Notes under the pieces: model-generated | Seen by the model: only the letters and a program-made list of their open reading frames with translations | What the model was told of the DNA's origin: nothing | Databases searched by the model: none | Part shown: positions 8,622 to 16,951 of the stretch, in pieces | How positions within the stretch are numbered: the first letter of the stretch is position 1 | Layout: each line of letters starts with the position of its first letter | From: Bacilli bacterium | GTDB taxonomy: Bacteria; Bacillota_I; Bacilli_A; RF39; UBA660 | NCBI GenBank assembly: GCA_036667875.1 | Contig: JAVWTD010000002.1 | Coordinates: 9,026-73,025, forward strand | DNA: 64,000 bases | Direction of reading: 5' to 3' | Program-made: the position numbers and the translations under genes

Positions 8622-9941
8622 ATGGAAACTGTAGAAAATTTAGGATTAAATGAAGATAAAATTAGAGAAATATCAAAAATTAAGAATGAACCACTTTGGA
8701 TGCTTGAATTTAGATTAAATTCATATAGAACTTTTTGTGATTTAACAAATCCTCTGTTTGGTCCTGACTTAAATATTGATTTTGATAATATAAATTTTTA
8801 TAAAAGAGCAAGTGACAAAATTGCCTCTGACTGGAATGAAGTTGCATGTGATATTAAGAAAACTTTTGACAACATTGGATTACCTGATGCTGAGAAAAAG
8901 TATCTAGATGGTACTCATGCACAATACGAAAGTGAAACAATTTATCACAATATGATAAAAGAACTTGAAGAAAAAAATGTAATATTTTGTGATACTGATA
9001 CCGGGTTAAGAGAACATCCCGAAATCTTTAAAGAGTATTTTAATAATTTAGTAAAATACACAGAAAATAAATATACTGCCCTTAATGGAGCAGTTTGGAG
9101 TGGTGGAACATTCATCTATATTCCTCCACACACTAAATTAGATAGACCACTTCAAAGTTATTTTAGAATTAACTCGAAAAATATGGGACAATTTGAAAGA
9201 ACAATCATTGTAGTAGATGAAGATTCAACATTACACTATATGGAAGGATGTACAGCACCTACTTATACAAGTGATGCATTACATGCTGCTGTTGTAGAAA
9301 TATATGTAAAAAAGAACGCGAAATGTAGATATACAACTATTCAAAATTGGTCAAGTGATATATATAATTTAGTAACAAAAAGAGCCATAGTAGAAGAACA
9401 TGGTTTGATGGAATGGATAGATGGAAATATAGGATCTAAAACTAATATGAAATATCCATCATGTATATTAAATGGAGAATACGCAAAAGGTAGTACTGTT
9501 TCAATAGCAGTAGCAACCAAAGGACAATTTCAAGATACAGGTGCCAAGATGATTCATTTAGCACCTCACACAACGAGCAGTATAATAAGTAAGTCTATAA
9601 GTGCCAAAGGTGGAGTTTCAAATTATCGTGGAACTGTTCATATAACAAAAAAAGCCGAACACTCTAGTGGAACAGTAAAGTGCGATACAATAATATTAGA
9701 TAAAGAATCAAAAAGTGATACAATACCAAAAAATAAAGTAGATAATAATACCTCTACTATTAATCATGAAGCAACCGTTTCTAAAATCAGTAAAGAAAAA
9801 TTATTTTATTTAATGTCTCGAGGATTAGATTCTGAGAAAGCAAAAGAACTAATAATTATGGGCTTTATTGACAGATTTAGAGAAGAATTACCAATGGAAT
9901 ATGCTGTTGAATTAAATTCTTTATTAAAAAACTATTTTTGA
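8622..9941 (+). CDS. sufB: Fe-S cluster assembly protein SufB (SufB/SufD family)
   Basis: [26 protein letters not shown] and TIQNWS blocks typical of SufB. Start moved to ATG 8622 (GGTGAT RBS). Confidence 0.75.
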   Translation: METVENLGLNEDKIREISKIKNEPLWMLEFRLNSYRTFCDLTNPLFGPDLNIDFDNINFYKRASDKIASDWNEVACDIKKTFDNIGLPDAEKKYLDGTHAQYESETIYHNMIKELEEKNVIFCDTDTGLREHPEIFKEYFNNLVKYTENKYTALNGAVWSGGTFIYIPPHTKLDRPLQSYFRINSKNMGQFERTIIVVDEDSTLHYMEGCTAPTYTSDALHAAVVEIYVKKNAKCRYTTIQNWSSDIYNLVTKRAIVEEHGLMEWIDGNIGSKTNMKYPSCILNGEYAKGSTVSIAVATKGQFQDTGAKMIHLAPHTTSSIISKSISAKGGVSNYRGTVHITKKAEHSSGTVKCDTIILDKESKSDTIPKNKVDNNTSTINHEATVSKISKEKLFYLMSRGLDSEKAKELIIMGFIDRFREELPMEYAVELNSLLKNYF

Positions 9942-9972
9942 TGTGATATAATTATAATAAGGATGTGAAAAA

Positions 9973-10272
9973 ATGAAAAAAGCATTAATACTTATTACCT
10001 CTCTATTATTAATAACAGGATGTAATAACGAAAAGAAAAAACAAAGTGAAATGCAAGAAGCCGCTAAAGACTATTACAAAACATATATGGTAGGAGTAGT
10101 AGGAGTAAATAAAGCAGAAGTTACACTTGAAATGCTTACAAAAGCAAACAAAGATATGAATAAAGAATATAAACTTGATTCATTAAAGAAATGTAAGAAA
10201 AATTCAAAAGTAATTTTTGAAATTAAAGACAACGAAATTTCTAAAACAGAATATGAAATCACATGCAAATAA
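9973..10272 (+). CDS. Small lipoprotein, unknown function
   Basis: Signal peptide with lipobox LITGC. Intrinsic terminator follows. Confidence 0.5.
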   Translation: MKKALILITSLLLITGCNNEKKKQSEMQEAAKDYYKTYMVGVVGVNKAEVTLEMLTKANKDMNKEYKLDSLKKCKKNSKVIFEIKDNEISKTEYEITCK

Positions 10273-10296
10273 AGATAACATCGTTATCTTTTTTTG
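10273..10296 (+). terminator. Intrinsic terminator
   Basis: aGATAAC-atc-GTTATCt + T7. Confidence 0.7.
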
Positions 10297-10453
10297 ATAT
10301 TAAAACGACCTTTCTATTATTCCTCTGTATAGTAAAAAAGCACATATTTAAAATAAGTAAATGAAGTACAATTTATAGCATAAAATTGAATTTTTTCTGT
10401 TTGTTTATACTTTTGAAATAAGGTATATTCTTTATGGAAAGGAGGAAAGATAA

Positions 10454-10792
10454 ATGTTAAATCAAACAGTAATAGTAGGAAGAATTGTAAGAGAACCAGA
10501 ACTTAGAGAAACTGAAAATGGAAAAAAAGTAACAAACCTAACTTTAGCAGTCCCAAGAAGTTATAAAAATGTTGATGGTGAATACGAAACTGATTTTATT
10601 CCATGTGTTCTCTGGCAGGGAATCGCGGAAAATGTGGTAACATATTGTAAAAAAGGAGATCTTGTGGGAGTGAAAGGAAGAGTTCAAGCCCGTGAATATA
10701 CAACCGAAGATACACATCACACAGTTATGGAGTTAGTAGCAGAAAAAGTTACATTTCTATCAAGCAGAAAAGATAAAAAAGACGAAGAGTAA
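10454..10792 (+). CDS. ssb: Single-stranded DNA-binding protein, short (SsbB-like, no acidic tail)
   Basis: OB-fold SSB signature MLNQTVIVGRIVREPELRETENGKKVTNLTLAV...FIPCVLWQGIAENVV.Y.KKGDLVGVKGR. 112 aa. GGAGG RBS. Confidence 0.85.
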   Translation: MLNQTVIVGRIVREPELRETENGKKVTNLTLAVPRSYKNVDGEYETDFIPCVLWQGIAENVVTYCKKGDLVGVKGRVQAREYTTEDTHHTVMELVAEKVTFLSSRKDKKDEE

Positions 10793-10800
10793 TTTTGATA

Positions 10801-10830
10801 AACAAGAATAGTATATTCTTGTTTTTTCTT
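10801..10830 (+). terminator. Intrinsic terminator after ssb
   Basis: AACAAGAATA-gta-TATTCTTGTT + T6. Confidence 0.75.
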
Positions 10831-10956
10831 ACCATAATATTAATGAGGTTATAATCATAAAAGTTAATTAAAAAGCAATTAACTAATTGTAAAAGTGATT
10901 TAAATTTACACAAAAGTAAAGTATAATAATATTGTCATTAATAAGGAGGAAGAAAT

Positions 10957-11310
10957 ATGGTAATTGGCGAAAGAATTAGAAAAGCAAGAGTAGCTCATGG
11001 GCTAAATCAACAAAAACTTGGAGACTTATTAGAAGTATCAAAAGTTTCAATTTGTGGATATGAAAAAGGTAACAGAACTCCAACTATGGAGAATTTCTTA
11101 AAATTAGTAGAAATTTTAGATTGTGATCCAAACTACTTGTTAGGAAGAGACACTACAGTAGTAACAGACGATGAAGACAATAAACCAGTAAAATTTTCTA
11201 AAGAAGAAATTGAAGTTATTAAAGAAGCAAGAAAACATTCTGATTTATATACACGCTTAATTACTGATCCAGTTCGTTCAGTTGAACTAATCAGTAGAAG
11301 ATTAAAATAG
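10957..11310 (+). CDS. XRE-family helix-turn-helix transcriptional regulator
   Basis: N-terminal HTH_3 pattern (IGERIRKARVAHGLNQQKLGDLLEVSKVSICGYEKGNRTP). AGGAGG RBS. Terminator after the gene. Confidence 0.8.
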   Translation: MVIGERIRKARVAHGLNQQKLGDLLEVSKVSICGYEKGNRTPTMENFLKLVEILDCDPNYLLGRDTTVVTDDEDNKPVKFSKEEIEVIKEARKHSDLYTRLITDPVRSVELISRRLK

Positions 11311-11330
11311 GTTTAACCTATTTTTTTTTT
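11307..11330 (+). terminator. Intrinsic terminator after XRE regulator
   Basis: ATAGG-tttaa-CCTAT + T10. Confidence 0.6.
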
Positions 11331-11366
11331 AATTCCTATGATATACTTATAATAGGTGAAGAATTA

Positions 11367-12641
11367 ATGAATATAGTAGAAATAATAAATAAAAAAAGAA
11401 ACAAAAAAAAGTTAACAAAAGAAGAAATATTTTATGTAATTGAAGAATATGTAAAAGAAAACATCCCCGACTATCAAATGAGTGCACTTTTAATGGCAAT
11501 TACAATGGCTGGAATGAATAAAAATGAAACATTTTATCTAACTGAAGCAATGCTAAATAGTGGAGAAAAGATAAACTTAGACCGCATTAAAGGAAAAAAA
11601 GTAGATAAACATTCAACAGGAGGAGTTGGAGATAAAACCACTTTAATATTACTCCCATTAGTTGCATCATGTGGTGTTAAAGCACCCAAAATGAGTGGGC
11701 GAGGCTTGGGATTTACAGGTGGAACAATTGATAAAATAGAATCAATCCCAGGATATAATACAAATATTAATATTAATAAATTTATTGCTCAAGTTAATAA
11801 TATAGGACTAGCATTAGCATCGCAAACAGGAAATCTAGTACCCGCTGATAAAAAGATTTATGCCTTAAGAGATGTTACAGGAACAGTTTCTTCTATTCCT
11901 TTAATAGCATCAAGTATAATGAGTAAAAAACTTGCCAGTGGTGCTGATACTATTATTATTGATTTAAAAGTAGGCAATGGAGCATTAATGAAAGATATTG
12001 AAAGTGCTAGAATACTTGCCAAAACAATGGTTCAAATAGGAGAATCATACAATAAAACTGTTGTGTGTGTTTTAACAAGTATGGAAGAAGTTCTTGGTAA
12101 TGCTGTTGGAAATGCTGTCGAAGTAATGGAAAGTATTGATGTATTACAAAATAAAGGACCTAAAGATATTACAAACCTAGTTATCTTTTTAGCAAGTTTA
12201 ATGGTTTCTCTTGGACTATCCATATCTTTTGATGAAGCTAATATAAAAGTTATCAAAAATTTAAAAAATGGAAAAGCATATAATAAATTTTTAGAATTAA
12301 TAGAATCAGGTAATGGAAATTTAGATAAAATGGAAGTTAGTCAAAAAATAGTTAGTATAAAAAGCAAAGAAACAGGATTTGTAAAAAGCATGAATACTGA
12401 AGGACTAGGTGAAATAGTAAGAAAACTAGGTGGAGGAAGATATAATAAAAATGATGTAATTGATCATAAAGTAGGTCTAATATTAAGTAAAAAAGTTGGA
12501 GATTATGTAATGGAAGATGAAGAAATATTAAAGGTTTATCTAGGAGAAAAAGATATAGAAATTGATGATATTTTAGATTGCTTTGAAATAGATATGATAT
12601 GTGGAGACATAACACCTTTAATTATAGAGATTATTAAATAA
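11367..12641 (+). CDS. pdp: Pyrimidine-nucleoside (thymidine) phosphorylase
   Basis: DKHSTGGVGDKTTLILLPLVASCGVKAPKMSGRGLGFTGGTIDKIESIPGY block. About 424 aa. Confidence 0.9.
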   Translation: MNIVEIINKKRNKKKLTKEEIFYVIEEYVKENIPDYQMSALLMAITMAGMNKNETFYLTEAMLNSGEKINLDRIKGKKVDKHSTGGVGDKTTLILLPLVASCGVKAPKMSGRGLGFTGGTIDKIESIPGYNTNININKFIAQVNNIGLALASQTGNLVPADKKIYALRDVTGTVSSIPLIASSIMSKKLASGADTIIIDLKVGNGALMKDIESARILAKTMVQIGESYNKTVVCVLTSMEEVLGNAVGNAVEVMESIDVLQNKGPKDITNLVIFLASLMVSLGLSISFDEANIKVIKNLKNGKAYNKFLELIESGNGNLDKMEVSQKIVSIKSKETGFVKSMNTEGLGEIVRKLGGGRYNKNDVIDHKVGLILSKKVGDYVMEDEEILKVYLGEKDIEIDDILDCFEIDMICGDITPLIIEIIK

Positions 12642-13261
12642 TGGTAAGCGTAAAGCCACTTTTAATTCTATATATGATGCCCGCAATATTAATTGTTATA
12701 GGCATCATAATCGGTTTCTTTTATAAACTTTATATTGACTATAAAAAAGGAAGAATGTATCAAAACAACATTTTTAGAACCATAGATATAAAATATGCAA
12801 GACAAGATACAATCGTTAAAGCTCTTGACTCTGTTACAAACTTTCACAGAATTAAAGTAATATCAAAAGATGTAATCTTATTTATGAATGAATATGATAT
12901 GAGTTTAATACTATCTAAAGATTATATTGGTCAAATTTTTGGACTTGAAGAAAGCCCGGTTTGGAAAATAAAAGGCGATGAAAAACAAGAAGAACTTAAA
13001 AATCCTTTATATATGTTTAGAAAAATAGAAGAACGAATAAAAGAATCCTTAGGAAATTATGAGTACAAAAAATATATTATTATAGGTAGTTTATGTCTAA
13101 TAAATATTAATCTTAAAACAATTAAAATATTAAGAATGAATAATTTTTATTACTTTATAAATAAAGTTGCAAATAAAAAAAGATACACAAAAGAAGAAAT
13201 AAACAATTTATTTGACAATTTAGAAAAAAATGTAAACAATTGTAAAAACACTTGTATTTAA
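12641..13261 (+). CDS. Hypothetical membrane-anchored protein
   Basis: TAATG overlap with the pdp stop. One N-terminal TM helix. No recognisable domain. Confidence 0.35.
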   Translation: MVSVKPLLILYMMPAILIVIGIIIGFFYKLYIDYKKGRMYQNNIFRTIDIKYARQDTIVKALDSVTNFHRIKVISKDVILFMNEYDMSLILSKDYIGQIFGLEESPVWKIKGDEKQEELKNPLYMFRKIEERIKESLGNYEYKKYIIIGSLCLININLKTIKILRMNNFYYFINKVANKKRYTKEEINNLFDNLEKNVNNCKNTCI

Positions 13262-13301
13262 AAGTTAACTAGTATATTATCATAATAGGGAGTGTGATAT
13301 T

Positions 13302-13502
13302 ATGAGAAATCCATCAATCGACAAATTACTCAACAAAGTTGGATCTAAATATTTATTAGTTAATATAGTTTCAAAAAGAGCAAAAGAAATTGATGAAACA
13401 GGATTCTATCAAATGAAAGAAAGCGAATACAAATCGTCAAAATCAGTAGGTAGAACTTTAGAAGAAATAGCGAAAGATTTAGTTAAAGTGAGAAAAGAGT
13501 AA
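13302..13502 (+). CDS. rpoZ: DNA-directed RNA polymerase subunit omega
   Basis: 66 aa; NPSIDKLLNKVGSKYLLVNIVSKRAKEI matches the RpoZ N-terminus (B. subtilis YloH). Confidence 0.85.
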   Translation: MRNPSIDKLLNKVGSKYLLVNIVSKRAKEIDETGFYQMKESEYKSSKSVGRTLEEIAKDLVKVRKE

Positions 13503-13527
13503 AATCTTTTTTTTTAGAAAGGAATAA

Positions 13528-14073
13528 ATGAAATTAAAAAAAATAAAAAATAACAAATATCAAATAATATTAAACGATAAAATAATAGAAACTTATGAAG
13601 ATGTTATAGTAAAATATAATCTATTTAATATTTCTAATATAGATGAAGAAATTATAAATAAAGAAAATCAATTTTATGAAAAATACTATCATGTTTTAAA
13701 ATTAATAAAAACAAAAAAAAGATCAAAAAAAGAAATACTTAAAATAATTGGAGAAGATAAAGAAATACTTCAAAAACTTGAAAAAGAAGGCCTTGTAGAC
13801 GACTTTAAATATACAGAAGCATATATACATGATAAATTTCTTTTAAGCCTTGACGGCCCTAATAAAATAAAAAGAAACTTATTATTACAAGGAATAGAAG
13901 AAGACATTATAAATGAAAATTTAAACAAGATAACTTTAGAAGAAATTGAAAACAAAATCATAAAATACATTGAAAAACATAACAAAGAACCAAAAAAATT
14001 AATAAACATACTTATAAATCAAGGATTTGATTACTATCTAATATTAGAAACAATAAAAAAGAGAAATATTTAA
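13528..14073 (+). CDS. recX: RecX-like regulatory protein
   Basis: Repeated three-helix pattern; DDFKYTEAYIHDKFLLSLDGPNKIKRNLLLQGIEEDIINENL resembles RecX repeats. Confidence 0.55.
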   Translation: MKLKKIKNNKYQIILNDKIIETYEDVIVKYNLFNISNIDEEIINKENQFYEKYYHVLKLIKTKKRSKKEILKIIGEDKEILQKLEKEGLVDDFKYTEAYIHDKFLLSLDGPNKIKRNLLLQGIEEDIINENLNKITLEEIENKIIKYIEKHNKEPKKLINILINQGFDYYLILETIKKRNI

Positions 14074-14082
14074 ATATTTCTC

Positions 14083-15126
14083 TTATTTTGTTTGTGCTGG
14101 TACTACAGCTTGATAACCTTTAACAACGTTTTCATAATTATTTTTAATATCAGTATCTACAATATTTAAATTGTATTTTTTACGAATATTAACCCAAGCT
14201 TTTGCAAGAACATTTGTATCTTCTGCAGTTGCTTTTTTAAGAAGAGCATCTAAAATATCTTCTTTAGAATCTTTTAAACTTGGTTTTTCATTTTGTTTAA
14301 CTCTTTTAATTATGAAATATCCATAACTAGATTGTACTGGTTCAGTAGTGTATTTTCCATCTTTTAAAGCTGTTGCAGCTTTCCAAAACTCTTCAACTAC
14401 TTCATTTTTAGTAAATCCACTATAAAGTCCACCTTCACTAGCAGTAGTAGCATCATCAGAATGTTTCTTAGCTAATTCAGCAAAGTCACCATCTTTTTTA
14501 AGTTTAGCTAAAACTTCATTAGCTTCTTTTAAGGCTTCTTTTTCTGCAGCACTAGTTTCATCTGGAGTCATACCTTCTTTTGTTTTAGGTTGAATTAAAA
14601 TATATCTTACTACCATTGATCCTTCAATGCTATCATTATAATATTTTTTAATATCATTATCTTTAAAATTATTTTCTTTTACATAACCTTCAGCAACGAT
14701 AGAAGTTAAATGTTGTTTTGAAACTTCTTTTTTAAATGCTTCTTCAGAACTAAATCCTGCTTTTGCTAATGCATCAGGAAAACTTTCTTTGTAACTTTCG
14801 TATTGTGCTTTTAGATTTTCAATGTATCCATCAGCATAGTCATTAGCTTCTTTTTTATCTTCATCATCTGTTTCTTTTTCAGTAATGAAATTATCGATTT
14901 GAGAAACTAGAACTCCTTGTCCATTTTGTTTTTTCAATTCTTGATATAAGTCGTTAGCAGTAAATTTTTTTCCATCTACTTTTGCAACTACTTCATCTCC
15001 ATTTTTTGTTGTAGGAACTTGTTTTGTAGTATTAATTAATAAACCAACTCCTACACCGATGATTACCATACCACCACATAATAACGCTGTCTTCATATTC
15101 GTGTCTTGTGTAATTTTCTTTTTCAT
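14083..15126 (-). CDS. prsA: Foldase PrsA-like parvulin-type peptidyl-prolyl isomerase, membrane-anchored
   Basis: PpiC/parvulin block (SEGGLYSGFTKNEVVEEFW...GYFIIKRV). N-terminal TM/lipoprotein anchor. Start set at ATG 15126 with a GGAAGGAGAT RBS; the track start 15165 adds 13 unlikely residues. Confidence 0.75.
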   Translation of the reverse strand: MKKKITQDTNMKTALLCGGMVIIGVGVGLLINTTKQVPTTKNGDEVVAKVDGKKFTANDLYQELKKQNGQGVLVSQIDNFITEKETDDEDKKEANDYADGYIENLKAQYESYKESFPDALAKAGFSSEEAFKKEVSKQHLTSIVAEGYVKENNFKDNDIKKYYNDSIEGSMVVRYILIQPKTKEGMTPDETSAAEKEALKEANEVLAKLKKDGDFAELAKKHSDDATTASEGGLYSGFTKNEVVEEFWKAATALKDGKYTTEPVQSSYGYFIIKRVKQNEKPSLKDSKEDILDALLKKATAEDTNVLAKAWVNIRKKYNLNIVDTDIKNNYENVVKGYQAVVPAQTK

Positions 15127-15281
15127 AAAAATCTCCTTCCATATTAAGTACAATGGTGACATCATACAGTTATAATCTTATCAAAAATTTTGATAAATTA
15201 CAATAATTTTAGCAAAGTATTCACATAATAATCATAATTCCATAAAATATGTTGAAAAGGTAAAAAAAGGAGGTAGTCATA

Positions 15282-15365
15282 ATGGTTAACTCAGGTATAT
15301 CAAGTGCAGCAATCGTTTTAGTATTATTTATATTATTGATTATTATACTTGGGGCTTACATTTAA
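15282..15365 (+). CDS. YjcZ-like sporulation micropeptide (27 aa)
   Basis: MVNSGISSAAIVLVLFILLIIILGAYI matches the YjcZ family pattern (GFALIVVLFILLIIVGA..). AAAGGAGG RBS 6 nt upstream. Below the ORF-track length cutoff. Confidence 0.6.
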   Translation: MVNSGISSAAIVLVLFILLIIILGAYI

Positions 15366-15388
15366 GTCTTTCTAAGGAGGTGAAATTA

Positions 15389-15499
15389 ATGGCTTGTCAA
15401 AATAGTTGTGAAGAAAAACAACCAAAATGCTCAAATTACATAATAATTATTGTTCTATATATTTTACTAGCAATAATTTTAGGAGCTTGGATTTGGTAA
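15389..15499 (+). CDS. Second tandem small hydrophobic peptide (36 aa), YjcZ-like C-terminus
   Basis: MACQNSCEEKQPKCSNYIIIIVLYILLAIILGAWIW. AAGGAGGTG RBS. Stem-loop plus T-run terminator immediately after (15500-15527). Confidence 0.5.
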   Translation: MACQNSCEEKQPKCSNYIIIIVLYILLAIILGAWIW

Positions 15500-15527
15500 A
15501 AGAGAGAAAAATTCTCTTTTTCTTTTG
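15500..15527 (+). terminator. Intrinsic terminator after tandem micropeptides
   Basis: AGAGAA-aaa-TTCTCT + TTTTCTTTT. Confidence 0.6.
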
Positions 15528-15732
15528 GTTATATGTTATACTTATAAAGTATTTTCTATTTATGTTGACACTCGTTTACATTTTATTATTTACAAAAGTA
15601 TATATATAAGGTAAAATTATAGTAGATAAGTGGGTAAACTTATACTTACTAGTGTTTTTATAGATAAAAAAGAATCTAACTTATTTAAAATAGTAGAATT
15701 CTATTGATAATCGTTAGAAAATAGGAGGATTT

Positions 15733-16647
15733 ATGCATAAAAGTGTATTACTTTGGGAATGTATTAGTTATTTAAACCTAAATACTGATAGTAAAATCGT
15801 TGATTGCACATTAGGCTATGGTGGTCATAGTAGTGAAATTTTAAAAAAAATAAAAACCGGAAAACTTTATTCCTTCGATCAAGACGATGAAGCCATAAAG
15901 GAAGCTACAAAAAGATTAGATAGTATTGGTTCAAATTATGAAATAATAAGAAGTAATTTTGTTAATCTTAAAGAAGAAATCTCTAAAAGAGAAAAAGAAG
16001 TTGATGGAATACTTTATGACCTTGGAGTATCTAGTCCACAATTAGATGTCTTAGAAAGAGGATTTAGTTTTCACACTGATGCTTTATTAGATATGAGAAT
16101 GGATAAAAATATGAAAATATCAGCGTATGAAATCGTTAACAATTATAGTTATGAAGAACTAACAAATATTCTATATAAATATGGAGAAGAAAAATACGCA
16201 AGCGGAATTGTAAATAAAATTATAAAAGCAAGAGAAAAAGAACCAATTAAAACAACATTAGAACTAGTAGAAATAATAAAAACAGGAGTACCTGAAAAAT
16301 ATAAAAGAGATAAACATCCCGCAAGAAAAACATTTCAAGCCATAAGAATTGAAGTTAATAAAGAATTAGAAGTGTTTGAAAGCAGCTTAACACAAGCCCT
16401 AAGCTTAATAAAAGTTGGAGGAAGAATATGTGTTATCACATTTCATTCGCTTGAAGATAGAATCTGTAAATCGATTTTTAACAGTGTAAGTTCAGTAGAC
16501 AAAAATTTTAAAAACATGCCAATAATTCCTGAACATTTATTACCAAAGTATAAAGTAATTGCAAATATTACACCAAGTGAAGAAGAACTACTTGAAAATA
16601 ATAGAGCAAGAAGTGCAAGATTGAGAGTAATTGAAAGGGTAAGATAA
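15733..16647 (+). CDS. rsmH: 16S rRNA (cytosine1402-N4)-methyltransferase RsmH/MraW
   Basis: CTLGYGGHS and DLGVSSPQLD motifs. Conserved position before ftsL-PBP. Confidence 0.9.
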   Translation: MHKSVLLWECISYLNLNTDSKIVDCTLGYGGHSSEILKKIKTGKLYSFDQDDEAIKEATKRLDSIGSNYEIIRSNFVNLKEEISKREKEVDGILYDLGVSSPQLDVLERGFSFHTDALLDMRMDKNMKISAYEIVNNYSYEELTNILYKYGEEKYASGIVNKIIKAREKEPIKTTLELVEIIKTGVPEKYKRDKHPARKTFQAIRIEVNKELEVFESSLTQALSLIKVGGRICVITFHSLEDRICKSIFNSVSSVDKNFKNMPIIPEHLLPKYKVIANITPSEEELLENNRARSARLRVIERVR

Positions 16648-16648
16648 A

Positions 16649-16942
16649 GTGAAAAAAAAGAAAAGAAGATTTCGTTTTACAAGAGGAGAAAAGGTAATAG
16701 GACTTTGTTGTGCTTTTTTGTTTACCTTTGCTTTTTTTATAGAAGTTTTTTGCAAATCATTTGAAGGGAATTTAGGCATGAGTGTTGAAAAACTAAAATA
16801 TCAAATTTCAATTCAAGAAAAAAAGAACGAAAGTTTGACAATGCAAGTAAATGAACTAACTTCTTATGATAAAATAAAGGATATTGTAAAAGAAATGGGA
16901 CTTTCATACAATAATGAAAATATTATTGTTATTGAAAATTGA
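16649..16942 (+). CDS. ftsL: Cell division protein FtsL-like (small bitopic coiled-coil protein)
   Basis: GTG start. Basic N-terminus, one TM helix, coiled-coil periplasmic part. Located between rsmH and the PBP as in dcw clusters. Confidence 0.55.
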   Translation: MKKKKRRFRFTRGEKVIGLCCAFLFTFAFFIEVFCKSFEGNLGMSVEKLKYQISIQEKKNESLTMQVNELTSYDKIKDIVKEMGLSYNNENIIVIEN

Positions 16943-16951
16943 GGTGTTTAG

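Noticed and set aside
15427-15609. Track ORF 15427..15609 (+, 60 aa)
   Set aside because: Overlaps the second micropeptide gene in another frame and runs through the terminator hairpin. No RBS.
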